Assembly: GCA_963744995.1 (NCBI GenBank)
Contig: CAVUWA010000002.1
Location: forward strand, 192,001-256,000
Source: Candidatus Eiseniibacteriota bacterium
GTDB taxonomy: Bacteria; Eisenbacteria; RBG-16-71-46
Length of the DNA: 64,000 bases
Reading direction: 5' to 3'
Of the stretch, positions 9,140-24,680 are shown one piece after another (position 1 is the first letter of the stretch; every line of letters starts with the position of its first letter). Below the pieces are notes generated by a model. It saw only the letters and a list, made by a program, of their open reading frames with translations, ran no database searches and was not told where the DNA came from. Made by a program: the position numbers and the translations under genes.

Positions 9140-10233
9140 ATGCGCTTCAACTACTCCCACTGGAAGGGCCCGCGGCCCGAGGACGTCGAGTTCCGCAAGC
9201 AGCTCATGGAGATCTACCGCAATCTCCTGCTGCAGACGGGCGGCGACGTCGACGAGGCATTGCGCTGGATGGAGTACTTCGGTGAGCAGTACGGATTCCT
9301 GAACGAGAAGTTCGGCATCGAAGACTTCAAGAAGATGCTCGAGGACACCGGCGAGGTGGAGCAGACGCCGCGCGGCTTCAAGGTGACGCCGAAGGGCGAG
9401 AAGCGCATCCGCCAGGATTCGCTGAACGAGATCTTCAACGCGCTGCAGGCGGGCGGGCCGGGCGACCACCGCACGCCGGTGGCGGGCAAGGGCGGCGAGC
9501 GGCTCTCGGAGACGCGGCCCTACCAGTTCGGCGACAACCTGTCCGACCTCGACGCGCTCGGCTCGGTGAGCAATGCCGTGCGCCGCGCCGGCATCGACGA
9601 TCTGAGCATCACCGAGGACGACCTGCAGGTGTTCGAGACCGAGCACCTGTCCGCCTGCGCGACGGTGCTGATGGTGGACATCAGCCACAGCATGATCCTG
9701 TACGGCGAAGACCGCATCACGCCGGCGAAGAAGATCGCGCTCGCGCTCGCGCAGCTGATCCAGTCGCGCTATCCGAAGGACTCGCTCGACGTCGTGCTGT
9801 TCGGCGACGACGCGGTGCAGGTGCCGCTCCGCGACCTCATGAAGATCCAGGCCGGGCCCTACCACACCAATACGAAAGCCGGGCCTGCAGATGGCGCAGC
9901 GGATCCTCAATTCGCGCAAAGGGCGTCAACAAGCAGATCTTCATGATCACCGACGGCAAGCCTTCGGCGATCCGCGAGTACGGCAAGCTCTACAAGAATC
10001 CGTTCGGCCTCGATCCGAAGATCGTCAACAAGACGCTGGAAGAGGCGGCCTACTGCCGCAAGAAGCGCGTGACCATCACCACGTTCATGCTGGCGACCGA
10101 CACGCCGCTCCTCGACTTCGTGCGCAGGCTCACCGCGCTCAACCACGGCCGCATCTACGAGACCGACCCGCAGAATCTGGGCGCGTACGTGTTCAGGGAC
10201 TTCGTGCGCAACCGGCGCAAGAGACTGCACTGA
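9140..10233 (+). CDS. vWA domain protein, partner of the AAA ATPase (two +1 indels near 9880-9920)
   Basis: MIDAS motif DISHSM. Removing one G and one A from homopolymers restores GPYHTNTKAGLQMAQRIL...KGVNKQIFMITDGKPS. Confidence 0.85.
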
Positions 10234-10307
10234 GTTCCGGATCCGGCGCTTCCCCCACGGCCGCGGGCGGGGAAGCCCGGAGCGTCGCGCGGGCGGCGTT
10301 CGCATTC

Positions 10308-11804
10308 GTGCTGCCGCTGGCCGCGATTCTGGTGATTGCGGCGCCGAAGCTGCCCTACCCCCTGCACGGCGACCAGACCGTGTTCCTGATGGGCGCCGAA
10401 TCCATGGCGCACGGCGGCGTGCTCTACCGCGACTTCTGGGACACCAAGCAGCCCGGCGTCTTCCTGTTCTACGAGCTCGCGGGGAAGCTGTTCGGGTTCA
10501 CGTCGCTCGGCGTCCACCTGTTGGAGCTGCTGTGGATGCTCGTGCTCGCGGCGTGGATGGTCGGCGTGCTGCGCTCCAGGTTCGAAACGCCGGGGCTCGC
10601 ATCGTTCACCGCGATCGCCGCCGTCGGCGGCTACTACGCGGTTGCCGGCACGTGGGAGATGACACAGGTGGAGATGCTCGCGGCGTTGCCGTTGTTCATC
10701 TGCTGCGCTGCGGTCCTGCCGCACCCTGAGCGACCGCGCCCGGAACGCTTCTCGTGGTTCGAGTCGGGCCTCGCCGCCGGGGCGGCCGCGCTGTTCAAGC
10801 TGCTGTTCGGCGCGATCCCGGTGGCGATCTGGATCGCGGCTTCGGTCGCGGCGCGGCGTGAGGAGCGCGCCTCGTGGCGCAAGCTGCTCGTCGAGCGCTG
10901 GCTGCCGGCGGCCGGCGGGGTGCTCGTCGTCCTGGGCGCGACCGCCGTCTGGTTCGCGCTCGCCGGAGCGCTCAGGCCGATGCTGTGGACGAACTTCGTC
11001 TACCCGGGGCAGGCGCTGGCGTCCGGCGGATGGTCCGACCCGGGTCGCCTCCTCCACACCGTGTCATGGTTCGCCGTGCCGTTCGGCCTGCTCGCCGGCT
11101 TCGCCCTGGTGTGGCTCTTCACCCGCCGCGACGCGGGGCGCGAGCGCGCCTTCGACGCTGCGGCAGTGTGGCTCGCCGCAGCGGTGCTGATCGTGCTCGT
11201 GCAGACGCTCTCCTGGTGGCGCTACCACGCGCTGCTCTGGCTCGTGCCACTGGCGATTCTCGGGATGCGCGGCGTGGACACGCTGGCGCGTCTCGCGCGC
11301 GAGCGGCTGCACATGCCCGCGCCGCGCGCGACGGCGTTGGCGCTTGCGCTCGCAGCGGTCGCCTGTGCGCCGGCGTGGCGCATGTGGCTGCCCGATGCGC
11401 ACGCGCTCGCGCATCTTCCGGCCACGCACGAACAACTCGTCGCCTACCAGCGCCACGTGAGCCCGGCGTGGGATGCCGTTTGGACCGACACTGCATTCCT
11501 GCGGGCCCCGGGCGCGCAGCCGGGGCCGATCTACGTCTTCGGCGATCCGCGCGCGATCCACCTGGCCGGGCGCAGGCAGGCGATCCCGGTGAACGGCTGG
11601 TCCTGGGAGAGCTACGCGGAGCGGCAATGGGAGGCGCTGCCCGGGGAGCTCGTGCGCGCGGCGCCCGCCTACGTCGGCTTCGATCCGGGCTACGAAGCGC
11701 TGGTGCGCGAGCGTTCGCCCGCGACGTGGGCGTGGCTCGAGGCGAATTACCGCGTGTCGAAGTCGAGCGACACGCGCACGTGGTACGAGCGTCGCCGGGG
11801 CTGA
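10308..11804 (+). CDS. Polytopic membrane protein, GT-C/ArnT-like glycosyltransferase (start uncertain, 10230-10308)
   Basis: Many TM segments, LYRDFWDTKQPG loop motif and a soluble C-terminal domain. Confidence 0.7.
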   Translation: MLPLAAILVIAAPKLPYPLHGDQTVFLMGAESMAHGGVLYRDFWDTKQPGVFLFYELAGKLFGFTSLGVHLLELLWMLVLAAWMVGVLRSRFETPGLASFTAIAAVGGYYAVAGTWEMTQVEMLAALPLFICCAAVLPHPERPRPERFSWFESGLAAGAAALFKLLFGAIPVAIWIAASVAARREERASWRKLLVERWLPAAGGVLVVLGATAVWFALAGALRPMLWTNFVYPGQALASGGWSDPGRLLHTVSWFAVPFGLLAGFALVWLFTRRDAGRERAFDAAAVWLAAAVLIVLVQTLSWWRYHALLWLVPLAILGMRGVDTLARLARERLHMPAPRATALALALAAVACAPAWRMWLPDAHALAHLPATHEQLVAYQRHVSPAWDAVWTDTAFLRAPGAQPGPIYVFGDPRAIHLAGRRQAIPVNGWSWESYAERQWEALPGELVRAAPAYVGFDPGYEALVRERSPATWAWLEANYRVSKSSDTRTWYERRRG

Positions 11805-11814
11805 CGCGGGAGGA

Positions 11815-14049
11815 TCAGGCGGTCTCGGAAGCGGCGGGAATTTCGGGAAACAGTTTCTCGAATTCAGGCAGGCCATGCAGCGGCGCGAGGTCCGGATCGC
11901 GGCGCACCCAGATGCTGTCCTTGAAGCCGTTCTCCCATGCCTTGCGCAGCGCGCCCATCGCATCGTCCACGCGCTTCAGCTGCGCGAAGATGCACGCCAC
12001 GTTGTAGAGCACCGACGCCTCGTTGGGGCGCAGCGCCATGGCGATGTTGGCCTCGCGCACCGCGTCCTCCTCGCGCCCGAGCGACACGTAGTCGAGCGCG
12101 ATGTGCGTCCGCGCGCGGGCGTCCTCGGGGATTTCCTTGAGGTGGGCTTCGACCAGCTGCGTGCGCAGGTGCCTGAGGTGATTCAGCGCGTCGTGCTTGC
12201 CCAGCGCGCCGAGCGCGTTCTCGATCGGCACGTACACGTTGTAATCGCCGGCGGCTCCGTCCACGAGCCGGTCCATCATCTCGACGATCTCGTTGTAGCG
12301 CCCGTCGGCGAACAGCGCGCGGCCGAGCAGGTAGTAGGCGCCCTCGATGTCCGACTTGCGGCGCAGTGCGGTCTGCACCTGTTCCACGGCTTCGCGGTAG
12401 CGCGAGTCGACGTAGAGGCGCCACGCGCCGGCCACCAGCACGTCCGGCAGGTCCGGGTCCAGCTCGGAGGCCCGCTGCGCGGCCGCCTTGGAGCGCTCCG
12501 ACCACTTCGGATCGCGTTCGTAGTTGAGATGGTACTGGGCGCACACGTTGGCGATCGCGGCGTGGGCCAGCGCGAACTGCGGATCCTGCGCGACCGCGTT
12601 CTCGAACATCTGCAGCGCGACCGACAAATCCTGGCGCGTCAGCCGGCGCGCGTAACTCTTGCCGCGCAGATAGAGATCGTAGGCGTGCGGGTCGGCGGTG
12701 GGCCGCGCCGCGAGCGCCTCCTGCTCCTGCGGCGTGAGCGTGACGCGCAGCGCCTCGGCGATCTTGCGCGCGATCTCGTCCTGGACCTCGAAGACGTCCT
12801 TCATCTCGCGGTCGTAGCGTTCGGACCAGAGCGGAAAGTCCGTCGACGTGTCCACCAGCTGCGCGTTGATGCGCAGCCGGTTGCCGGCGCGCCGCACGCT
12901 GCCCGTGAGCGCGAAGGCGGCCTTGAGCTGCTGGCCGATCTGTCCCGGGGTCACCGGCTTGTCGCGATAGGCGAGCACCGTCGCGCGCGAGAAGATGTTG
13001 AGCCCGCGGATCTTGGACAGCTCGGTGATGATGTCCTCGGTGACGCCGTCGCGGAAGTACTCGTCTTCCTTCACGCCGCTCAGGTTCTCGAAATAGAGCA
13101 CCGCGATGGACTTCGCTCCGCTCGCCTGGCTGGAACGCGAGTCTTCGGCCGCCCGCCGCCCGCCGGACTCGGTGTCGCGTTTGAGGCGCATGAGGTCGGT
13201 CTTGAGATCGGTGGCCGACTGGTAGCGCAGGCTGCGGTCCTTCTCGAGGGCCTTTTCCACGATCCGGCCGAGACCTGCCGGCAGGGCCGGGTTCAGCGTG
13301 TCGACCGGCGACGGGTCGCGATTGAGGATCGCGTCGAACACCACGGCGGAGGTCTCGCCCTGGAACGGCAGGGCGCCGGTCGCCATCTGGTAGATCACCG
13401 TACCGAGCGAGAACAGGTCCGTGCGCGGATCGGTGAGCTGGCCGCGGGCCTGCTCCGGCGACATGTAGGACACCGTGCCCATCGCCGTGCCCGGCGTCGT
13501 GAGCTCCTGATTCCCGCCGACCTGCGTGTCGAGCTGCGACGCCGCGGCCGGGCCGGCGGCACGCCGCAGCGATTCGATCTTGGCGAGCCCGAAGTCGAGG
13601 ATCTTCACGTGCCCCCGCGGGCTCACGAACAGGTTCGCGGGCTTGATGTCGCGGTGCACGATGCCTTTCGCGTGCGCGGACTCCAGGGCGTCGGCGATCT
13701 GGATCGCGATCGGCAGCAGCTGGTCGAGCGGCAGGGCACGCGCGGCGATCATCTGCGACAGGGTCTGCCCTTCGAGCAGTTCCATCACGATGAAGTGCTG
13801 GTCTTCGTGTTGCTCGATCGCGAAGACGGTGCAGATTCCCTGGTGATTGAGCGCCGAAGCGGCGCGGGCCTCGCGCTGGAAGCGCTCGAGCGACTGGGCC
13901 GAGTCACCGAGGTCGGAGGGCAGGAACTTGAGCGCCACGCGACGGCCGAGACGCGAGTCCTCGGCCTCGTAGACGACGCCCATGCCGCCGCTGCCGAGTC
14001 GTTTCGCGATGGTGTAGTGGGAGACGGTGCGGCCGGTCAGGTCGTTCAT
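11815..14049 (-). CDS. Ser/Thr protein kinase with TolB-N-like and TPR domains
   Basis: [21 protein letters not shown] and [17 protein letters not shown] domain; TPR-like C-terminus. Confidence 0.92.
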   Translation of the reverse strand: MNDLTGRTVSHYTIAKRLGSGGMGVVYEAEDSRLGRRVALKFLPSDLGDSAQSLERFQREARAASALNHQGICTVFAIEQHEDQHFIVMELLEGQTLSQMIAARALPLDQLLPIAIQIADALESAHAKGIVHRDIKPANLFVSPRGHVKILDFGLAKIESLRRAAGPAAASQLDTQVGGNQELTTPGTAMGTVSYMSPEQARGQLTDPRTDLFSLGTVIYQMATGALPFQGETSAVVFDAILNRDPSPVDTLNPALPAGLGRIVEKALEKDRSLRYQSATDLKTDLMRLKRDTESGGRRAAEDSRSSQASGAKSIAVLYFENLSGVKEDEYFRDGVTEDIITELSKIRGLNIFSRATVLAYRDKPVTPGQIGQQLKAAFALTGSVRRAGNRLRINAQLVDTSTDFPLWSERYDREMKDVFEVQDEIARKIAEALRVTLTPQEQEALAARPTADPHAYDLYLRGKSYARRLTRQDLSVALQMFENAVAQDPQFALAHAAIANVCAQYHLNYERDPKWSERSKAAAQRASELDPDLPDVLVAGAWRLYVDSRYREAVEQVQTALRRKSDIEGAYYLLGRALFADGRYNEIVEMMDRLVDGAAGDYNVYVPIENALGALGKHDALNHLRHLRTQLVEAHLKEIPEDARARTHIALDYVSLGREEDAVREANIAMALRPNEASVLYNVACIFAQLKRVDDAMGALRKAWENGFKDSIWVRRDPDLAPLHGLPEFEKLFPEIPAASETA

Positions 14050-14173
14050 AGGGCGGGGAGCATAGCGCCTGGGCGCGATTCACGGAAGCGTGACGCGGGT
14101 GGATGAAATGCTTCATGTCGTCGCGTTCGAGCGGGTGCAGGCGGTGGCCCGCGCATCGCGGCCCCGCGTCCGC

Positions 14174-16896
<2,723 letters not shown>

Positions 16897-16900
<4 letters not shown>

Positions 16901-17463
16901 ACGCCGCCCTCGGCAAGCAGCTCGCCGAGCAGCGCCCGCGCCTTCATCCAGTCGCGCCGCACGGTGCGCTCGGAAATGCCGAGCGCCCCTGCGGTCTCGA
17001 TCTCGGTGAGGCCGGCGAAGAAACGGCACTCGACGACGCGCGGCAGGCGGTCCCCGTAGGTGCCCAGCTGCTCGAGCGCCTGGTCGAGCGCGAGCAGCTC
17101 TGCGGCCTGATCGTCCACCCGGATGTCGCGCTCGTCGAGGCTCACCGCCGTGCCGCCGCCGCGCTTCAGGGCGTGCCGCCGCCGCGCGAAGTCGATGACG
17201 ATGTTGCGCATCACCACCGAGCACGCCGCCATGAAATGGCCGCGATCGGCATAGGCCAACCCATCCCGGGCCGCGAGGCGCAGGTAGGCCTCGTGCACGA
17301 GCCCGGTCGGGTTCAGCGTGCGGTGAGCCGCGTTGCGCTCGAGATGGCTCGCGGCGATGCGGCGCAGATCGTCGTAGAGCAGATCGACGAGACCCTCGAA
17401 CGCCCCATCCTTGCCGGCGCGCAGGTCCCGCAGACCGCGGGTGACGGGTGAGTCGGAGCCCAA
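16897..17463 (-). CDS. ECF RNA polymerase sigma factor, TIGR02999-type
   Basis: LYDDLRRIA, TLNPTGLVHEAYLRL, KRGGG, VVECRFFAGLT and ISERTVRRDWMKARA. TTG start after GGAGG. Confidence 0.92.
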
Positions 17464-17642
17464 TGCACAAGCCTCCAGTGGACAAGGGATTAGGAAGTTT
17501 AACACGAACGCGTGGCCGGTCCGACGGCCGGAATCCGTCGTGCTCATCACGGCGTCGTCCGACGCCCCGGGTCTACCGGCGCGGAATGACCGGGTTCCCG
17601 CGCCGGGGCGCGTGCTTCCGTTCTACAGGAGGATTCCGCATC

Positions 17643-20600
17643 ATGGCCCGCACATCGCTCCCCAGACCCTCGTTCCGAATGCCTTCGCTCTGGCGTTGCC
17701 ATTCCGACCTTCTGGGATCGGCGCGTCCGGCCGCCGCCGCCACCGTCTCCTGGGCCGTCGATGCCGACGGCGACTGGAACAACCCCGCCAACTGGAGCGG
17801 GGCGGCCGTGCCGACCCTGTCGGACGACGTGGTCATCGACCGGCCGTCCGGCACTACACGATCACCGTTCCGTCGGGCACGCATGGCGGCGCACTCGATC
17901 CACTCCAACGAGCGGCTGGTGCTGGACGCAGGCTCGCTCACGGTGGCCGAGACGCTGCAGGTCAACTCCGATCTGGTGCTCGACGGCGCCACGCTGATCG
18001 GCGCGATCGTGAGCCCGGGGGCGAACGGCGAGGGAATGGACGCGCTGGACGGGACGCTGAACGGCGTGACGATGAACGCGGATCTCAACATGTCCGGCAG
18101 CGCCTACCGGACCATCGGCGTCACGAACGGCCTCACGCTGAACGGCACCGCGCTCATGGGCGACGAGGGCGGCTACTACGGGCGGTTCAACTTCAGCGGC
18201 GCGGCGCAGACGCTCGACGGTACCGGCGAGATCGTGCTCGGCGGCGCGAGCCAGCAACAACGGCTTCGTCACAGGGAACGGACTCACGGTGGAGTCGGGG
18301 CTCACGATCCACGGCGCGCGGGACATCCTCGGCAACGGCGGCGACCGCTGGTGCATGCGCGCGCCGGTGACGGCGGAGGTGTCGGGGCAGGAGATCCAGC
18401 TCGACGGCGATTCGCTGGTGGCCGAGGGCCGGCTGCATGCGACGGCGGCGGGACGATGCTGCTCTCCGGCACCTGGTCGAGCAGCGACAGCCTGATCGCG
18501 GACGGCGGCGGGACGCTGCAGCTCACCGGGCGGCTGGGTGAACGCCGGCGGCATCCGCATGACCGACGGCACGGTGGACCTCGGCGGCAGTTTACGACCG
18601 CCGCCAGTCGGCGGGTTCGTGCGCTCCGGCGGCACGGTGCGGATCACGGGACGCTGGACAACACGGGGCACGCGCTGACGCTGGATGCGGAACACGGGGA
18701 CGTGGGTGCTGTCGGGCGGGACGATCGTGGGCGGGCAGCGTGGAGCCGGGGATCGCGGGCGCGGAGCTGCGCTACGGCGGGAACTCGACGCTGGACGGCG
18801 TGACGATGAACGCGGACATGAACATGTCGGAGAGACGTACGCGCAGACGGTGACGATGGTGAACGGGCTGACGCTGAACGGGATGGCGACGATGGGAACG
18901 GCGGCGAGCTACGGGCGGTTCCTGGTGGGCGGGACGCAGACGATCGACGGGACCGGGGAGATCGTACCTCGGCGGGTACCAGCACGGCAACAACGGCGAT
19001 CGGCGCTGAGCGCGAGCGCGGTACGTGACGATCGAGTCGGGGCTCGCGATCCACGGTGCGGCGGGGACGTTCGGGAGCAACGTCGGCGAGCCGGCGGCTG
19101 GTGCTGCGGGCGCCGGTGACGGCGGAGGTGGCGGGGCAGAAGATCTCGGTGGAGGGCGACTCGCTGCGGGTGGAGGCGCCGGTGATGGCGGTGAACGGTG
19201 CGAACGTGACGCTGGCCGGACCGATGGTGGTGCTCAGGAAGGCGTCGGTGACGGGGGCGGGACGCTGCAGCTGAACGGCGGCTGGGTGAACGCCGACACG
19301 CTGACGGCGGGCCCGGGGATCGACGCTGGACCTGAACGGGACGTGGACGAACGCGCGGGGCGATCCGCGTCGGACAGCGCGACGGTGCGGCTGGGCGGGA
19401 CTTTGCGTGGTCGGACGTGGGGGACTTCGCGCGGGTGGGCGGGGACGGTGATACGTGGACGGGACGCTGGACAACACGGGGCACGCGCTGACGCTGGACG
19501 GGAACACGGGGACGTGGGTGCTGTCGGGCGGGACGATCGTGGGCGGGAGCATGGAGCCGGGGTCGTCGGGCGCGGAGCTGCGCTACGGCGGGAACTCGAC
19601 GCTGAACGGGGTGACGATGAACGCGGACATGAACATGTCGGAGAGCTACTCGCTGACGGTGAATCTGGTGAACGGGCTGACGCTGAACGGGACGGCGACG
19701 ATGGGCAGCGGCGGCGAGCTACGGGCGGTTCCTGCTGGGCAAGGACGCATGACGATCGACGGGACGGGCGAGATCGTACTGCGGGAACGCGAGCAGCGGT
19801 GAACGGGATCGGCTGCTAAGCGCGAGCGCGTACTGACGATCGAGTCGGGGCTCGCGATCCACGGCGGGCGGGGCACGTCGGGAGCAACGTCGGCGAGCCG
19901 GCGGGCTGGTGCTGCGGGCGCCGGTGACGGCGGAGGTGGCCGGGCAGGAGATCACGATCGACGGGCGACTCGCTGCTGGTCGAGGCGCCGGTGACGGCGG
20001 TGAACGGCGGGAACCTGCAGCTGGACGGGCCGATGGCGGTGCGGGCGAAGGCGTCGGTCGACGGGCGGCGGGACGCTGCAGCTGGGCGGCGGGTTCGTGA
20101 ACGAGGACACGCTGTCGCGGGGGTGGGGAGCACGCTGGACCTGAACAAGGACTGGACAACGCGGGGGCGATCCGCTCGGACAGCGCGACGGTGCAGCTGG
20201 GCGGGACGTTCACGTGGCCGGACGTGGGGGACTTCGTGCGGGTCGGGCGGCACGGTGATACGTGGACGGGACGCTGGACAACACGGGGAACGGGCTCGAT
20301 GCTGGACGGGAACACGGGGACGTGGGTGCTGTCGGGCGGAACGATCGTGGGCGGGAGCATTGAGCCGGGGCTCGCGGGCGCGGAGCTGCGCTACGGCGGC
20401 AACTCGACGCTGAACGGGGTGACGGTGAACACCGACATGAACATGTCGGAGAACTACTCGCTGACGGTGACCCTGGTGAACGGGCTGACGCTGAACGGGA
20501 CGGCGACGATGGGGGCGGCGGGGAACTACGGCCGGTTCGTGGTCAACAACGCGATGACGATCGATGGGACGGGCGAGATCGTGCTCGGCAACGCCAGCAC

Positions 20601-23600
20601 GGTGAACGGGATCAACTTCAACAGCTCGGGGGTGCTGACGATCGAGTCGGGACTCGCGATCCACGGCGGGCGGGGCACGGTCGGCACCAACGTGGGGGGA
20701 CGCGGGCTGGTGCTGCGGGCGCCGGTGACGGCGGAGGTGTCCGGGCAGGAGATCACGATCTACGGGGACTCGCTGCTGATCGAGGCGCCGGTGACGGCGG
20801 TGAACGGCGGGAACCTGCAGCTGGACGGGCCGATGGCGGTGCGGGCGAAGGCGTCGGTCGCGGGCGGCGGAACGCTGCAGCTGGGCGGCGGGTTCGTGAA
20901 CGAGGACACGCTGTTCGCGGGGGTGGGGAGCACGCTGGATGTGAACAACGGCTGGCACAACGCGGGGGCGATCCGCTCGGACAGCGCGACGGTGCAGCTG
21001 GGCGGGACGTTCACGTGGCCGGACGTGGGGGACTTCGTGCGCTCGGGCGGCACAGTGATCGTGGACGGGACGCTGGACAACACGGGGAACGGGCTCGTGC
21101 TGGACGGGAACACGGGGACGTGGGTGCTGTCGGGCGGAACGATCGTGGGCGGGAGCATTGAGCCGGGGCTCGCGGGCGCGGAGCTGCGCTACGGCGGCAA
21201 CTCGACGCTGAACGGGGTGACGGTGAACACCGACATGAACATGTCGGAGAACTACTCGCTGACGGTGACCCTGGTGAACGGGCTGACGCTGAACGGGACG
21301 GCGACGATGGGGGCGGCGGGGAGCTACGGCCGGTTCCTGGTCAACAACGACATGACGATCGATGGGACGGGCGAGATCGTGCTCGGCAACGCCAGCACGG
21401 TGAGCGGCATTACGCCGAACTCGAATGTGGACATGACGATCGAGTCCGGGATCACGATTCACGGCGGGCGGGGAACGATCGGGGCGAACGTGTCCGGCCG
21501 GACGGTCACCAACCGCGGCACCGTGCGCGCGGACTCGGCGGGCATCGCCCTCACGCTCTCCGGCTTCCTCGTGGACCAACGAGGGCGCGGTCGATCGCAG
21601 GGCCGGGCGTCATCGACAACGACGCGCCGATCGTCAGCACCGGCCTCGTCCGGGTCGACAGCGCCGGCACCTGGTCTGGCTCGGGCAGCCTGACCCAGGA
21701 CGACGGCGCCACCATCGTGGCTGCCAACGGCACGTTCGCGCGGCCGTTCACGATGAACGGCGGCACGCTGTCCGGCGGCGGAACGATCACGGGCGACGTC
21801 ACCGTCAACGGCGGCACGATCGCCCCGGGCGCCTCGCCCGGAACGCTCACCGGTTCGACGACGCTCGACCAGAGCGACGGCGCGCTGGCCGTGGAGATCG
21901 CGGGCGCCGATCCCGCCGACTACGACCGGCTCGCATTCGGCACCAGCGCGGCGCTGGCCGGCTCTCTCGGCGTCGGCTTCCTCGACGGCTTCATCCCGGC
22001 GATCGGCGACACGTTCACGCTGGTGAGCGCACCGGCGGTCGCGGGGCAGTACGCGCCCGTCGCGCTGCCGTACATGACGTCTTCCGAGCGCTGGCTCGTG
22101 GATCCGGCGGCCGACGCCTACCGGCTGATCGTCGAGTACAACCCGCCACCCACCGCGATGTGCCACGACACCACGCTGGTGTCGGGCCTCGACTGCGAGG
22201 CCGACGTCACCGCGGCCGCGATCGATGCCGGCACCACCGAACCCAACGGCGATCCGTTCACGATCGCGCTCGACCCGCCGGGGCCGTACGCGATCGGCAC
22301 GCACATGGTGAACTTCATCGCCACCGACAGCCTGGGCGCGGCCGACACCTGCGTGACGACCATCACCGTGACCAACGCCGCGCCGATCATCGCGGCGCGC
22401 GACACCACGCTGATGTCGAACGGGGCCTGTGAGGCGCTCGTCACGGCGGCGGACCTCGACTCCGGAACGGTGGACCCCGAGGGCCAGACCGTGTCCCTGG
22501 CGCTCGATCCGGAAGGCCCGTACGCGATCGGCGTGCACGACGTGCTGTTCATCGCCACCGACGCCTGCGGCGCCGCGGATACCGCCCACGTCACCATCAC
22601 CGTGACGAACCTGGCGCCCGTCGCGATGGCCGCCGATACCATGCTGATCTCGAACGCCGCCTGCGAGGCGAACATCACGGCGGCCGACATGGACCTAGGC
22701 ACGACGGATCCCGAAGGCCAGTCGTTTTCGCTGGTGCTCGAGCCTGCGGGTCCCGTACGCGATCGGTGCGCACGCGGTGGACTTCATCGCCACCGACGCC
22801 TGCGGCGCGGCGGACACGCTGCACCTGACGATCACGGTGACCAACCTGGCGCCGGTCGCCGCGGCGGCCGACACCACGCTGCTGTCCGATGCCGCGTGCG
22901 AGGCCAATATCACCGCGGGTGATCTCGATCTCGGCACGGCAGACCCCGAGGGTCAGCCGTTCTCTCTGACGCTCGAGCCGGCCGGCCCGTACGCGCTCGG
23001 CGCGCACGCGGTGGACTTCATCGCCACCGACGCCTGTGGCGCGGCGGACACGCTGCACCTGACGATCACGGTCACGAACCCGCCGCCGGTCGCGGCCGCG
23101 CACGACACGACGCTCGTGGGCCCGCCGCCGACCTACGCGGCCGACGTCACGCCGACCGTCGCTCGATCAGGGCTCAAGCGATCCCGCAGGCCAGGCGCTG
23201 ACGTTCGCGCTGGAGCCGGCCGGCCCGTATCGCGCTCGGCGTTCAACGTGGTGAACTTCATCGCGAACGACGCATGCGGTGCGTCCGACACGGTGCAGGT
23301 GACGATCACGGTCGCGAACCAGCCGCCGATGGCGATGTGCAACGACACCACGCTCGTCGCCAACGCGTCGTGCGAAGGCGACGTCACGCCGGAAGGGCAT
23401 CGACGACGGATCGGCCGATCCCGAAGGCGGCGCGCTGACGTTCGAACTGGTGCCGCCGCCGCCGTACGCGATCGGCGTGCACGACGTGCTGTTCATCGCC
23501 ACCGACGGACTCGGTAACGCCGACACCTGTCAGTCGGAGATCGCGGTGATCGATCATCCGCCGGTCGCGCAGGCGCGCGACACGACCGTCGCCGGCGTGC

Positions 23601-24577
23601 CGCCGTCGTACACGGCGAACGTCACGGCCGTCGACGTGGACAGCATGACGTACGACCCGGACGGGCAGGCTTTCACGCTGGCGCTCGAGCCGGCCGGCCC
23701 CTACGCGCTCGGCGTCCATCCGGTGCTGTTCATCGCCACCGACGACTGCGGTTTCGCCGACACCACGCAGATCACGATCGCGGTGATCAACAACCCGCCG
23801 GTCGCGATGGCGCGCGACTCCACGCTGCTGGTGGTGGTGGACTCGTGCAAGGTCGGGATGGACGCCGATTCGCTGGACGACGGCAGCTACGATCCGGAGG
23901 GCGGCATGCTCACGCTGACCCTCGATCCGCCGCCGCCGTACGACATCGGCATCCATCCGGTGAACTTCATCGCGACGGACGACGTCGGCGCCGCCGACAC
24001 GACGCAGATCACGATCACGGTATTCGACACGAAGCCGGTGGCGATGGCGGTCGCACAGCTGATGCTGGATGGCGACTCGCTGACCTGCGAGGCGTCCGCG
24101 CCGGCCTCGGCGTTCGACGACGGTTCGAGCGACGCCGACGGCCATGCGCTGATCTTCACCGCCGAGCCGTCGTCGCCCTATCCATACGGGATGACCGACG
24201 TCATGCTCATCGTCAGCGACGGCTGCCTGAGCGACACGGTCATGACCCAGGTCGTGGTGGACTGCGCGCTGGCCGGGACCGATGACGTCGATCTGCCCCT
24301 GCAGTTCGCCGTCGGCAATGCCGTTCCCAATCCGTTCGGCGGCACGACCCGCATCCGGCTCTCGCTGCCCGAGGGGCGGCACGTGCGCGCGCAGGTGTTC
24401 GACGTCGCCGGGCGCCGTATCGCGGATCTCGTCGATCGGCGTATGGAGGCGGGCTACCGCGACATCGCATGGGACGGGCGCGGGGACGATGGCCGGCTCG
24501 CCGGGGTCGGGGTTTACATGATCCGCGTGCAGGCGGGGCGTGACATGATCGTGAGGCGGGCGATCCGCGTGCGCTGA
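17643..24577 (+). CDS. Giant secreted repeat protein (~2300 aa): beta-helix-like repeats, HYR/Ig-like repeats and a FlgD-Ig C-terminal tail; many frameshifts
   Basis: AGGAGG RBS before ATG 17643. ATVSW...GDWNNPANWS N-terminus, Gly/Thr/Asn-rich repeats, GGTIAPGASPGTL autotransporter-passenger-like motif, and C-terminal AVPNPFGGTTRIRLSLP...VFDVAGRRIADL...WDGR...GVYMIR. Pieces continue across reading frames. Confidence 0.8.
18040..21480 (+). repeat. Intragenic tandem repeat, 798-bp (266-aa) unit, about 4 to 4.5 copies
   Basis: CTGCGCTACGGCGGCAACTCGACGCTG at 20386 and 21184 (798 apart). GGGACGCTGGACAACACGGGG recurs near 18648, 19461, 20268 and 21067. Confidence 0.9.
22140..24270 (+). repeat. Nine ~78-80 aa HYR/Ig-like repeats
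   Basis: Unit NxxPVAxAxDTTL...C.A...D.G..DPEG....L.P.GPYAIG.H.V.FIATD.CGAADT...TITV, starting near 22141, 22373, 22608, 22843, 23077, 23317, 23552, 23789 and 24026. Confidence 0.85.
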
Positions 24578-24680
24578 CCGGCACGCGGTGCGGGCCGCAG
24601 CCCGCCCGTTCATTGAAGGTGGCGTCGTCGCGGGGCCGCACGCGACGGCGCCGCCGGCATCAGCACCAGAGGGGGCACAC

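Noticed and set aside
7093..10233. True magnesium chelatase or photosynthesis genes
   Set aside because: No chlH/bchH or pigment genes; this AAA-vWA pair is widespread in non-phototrophs.
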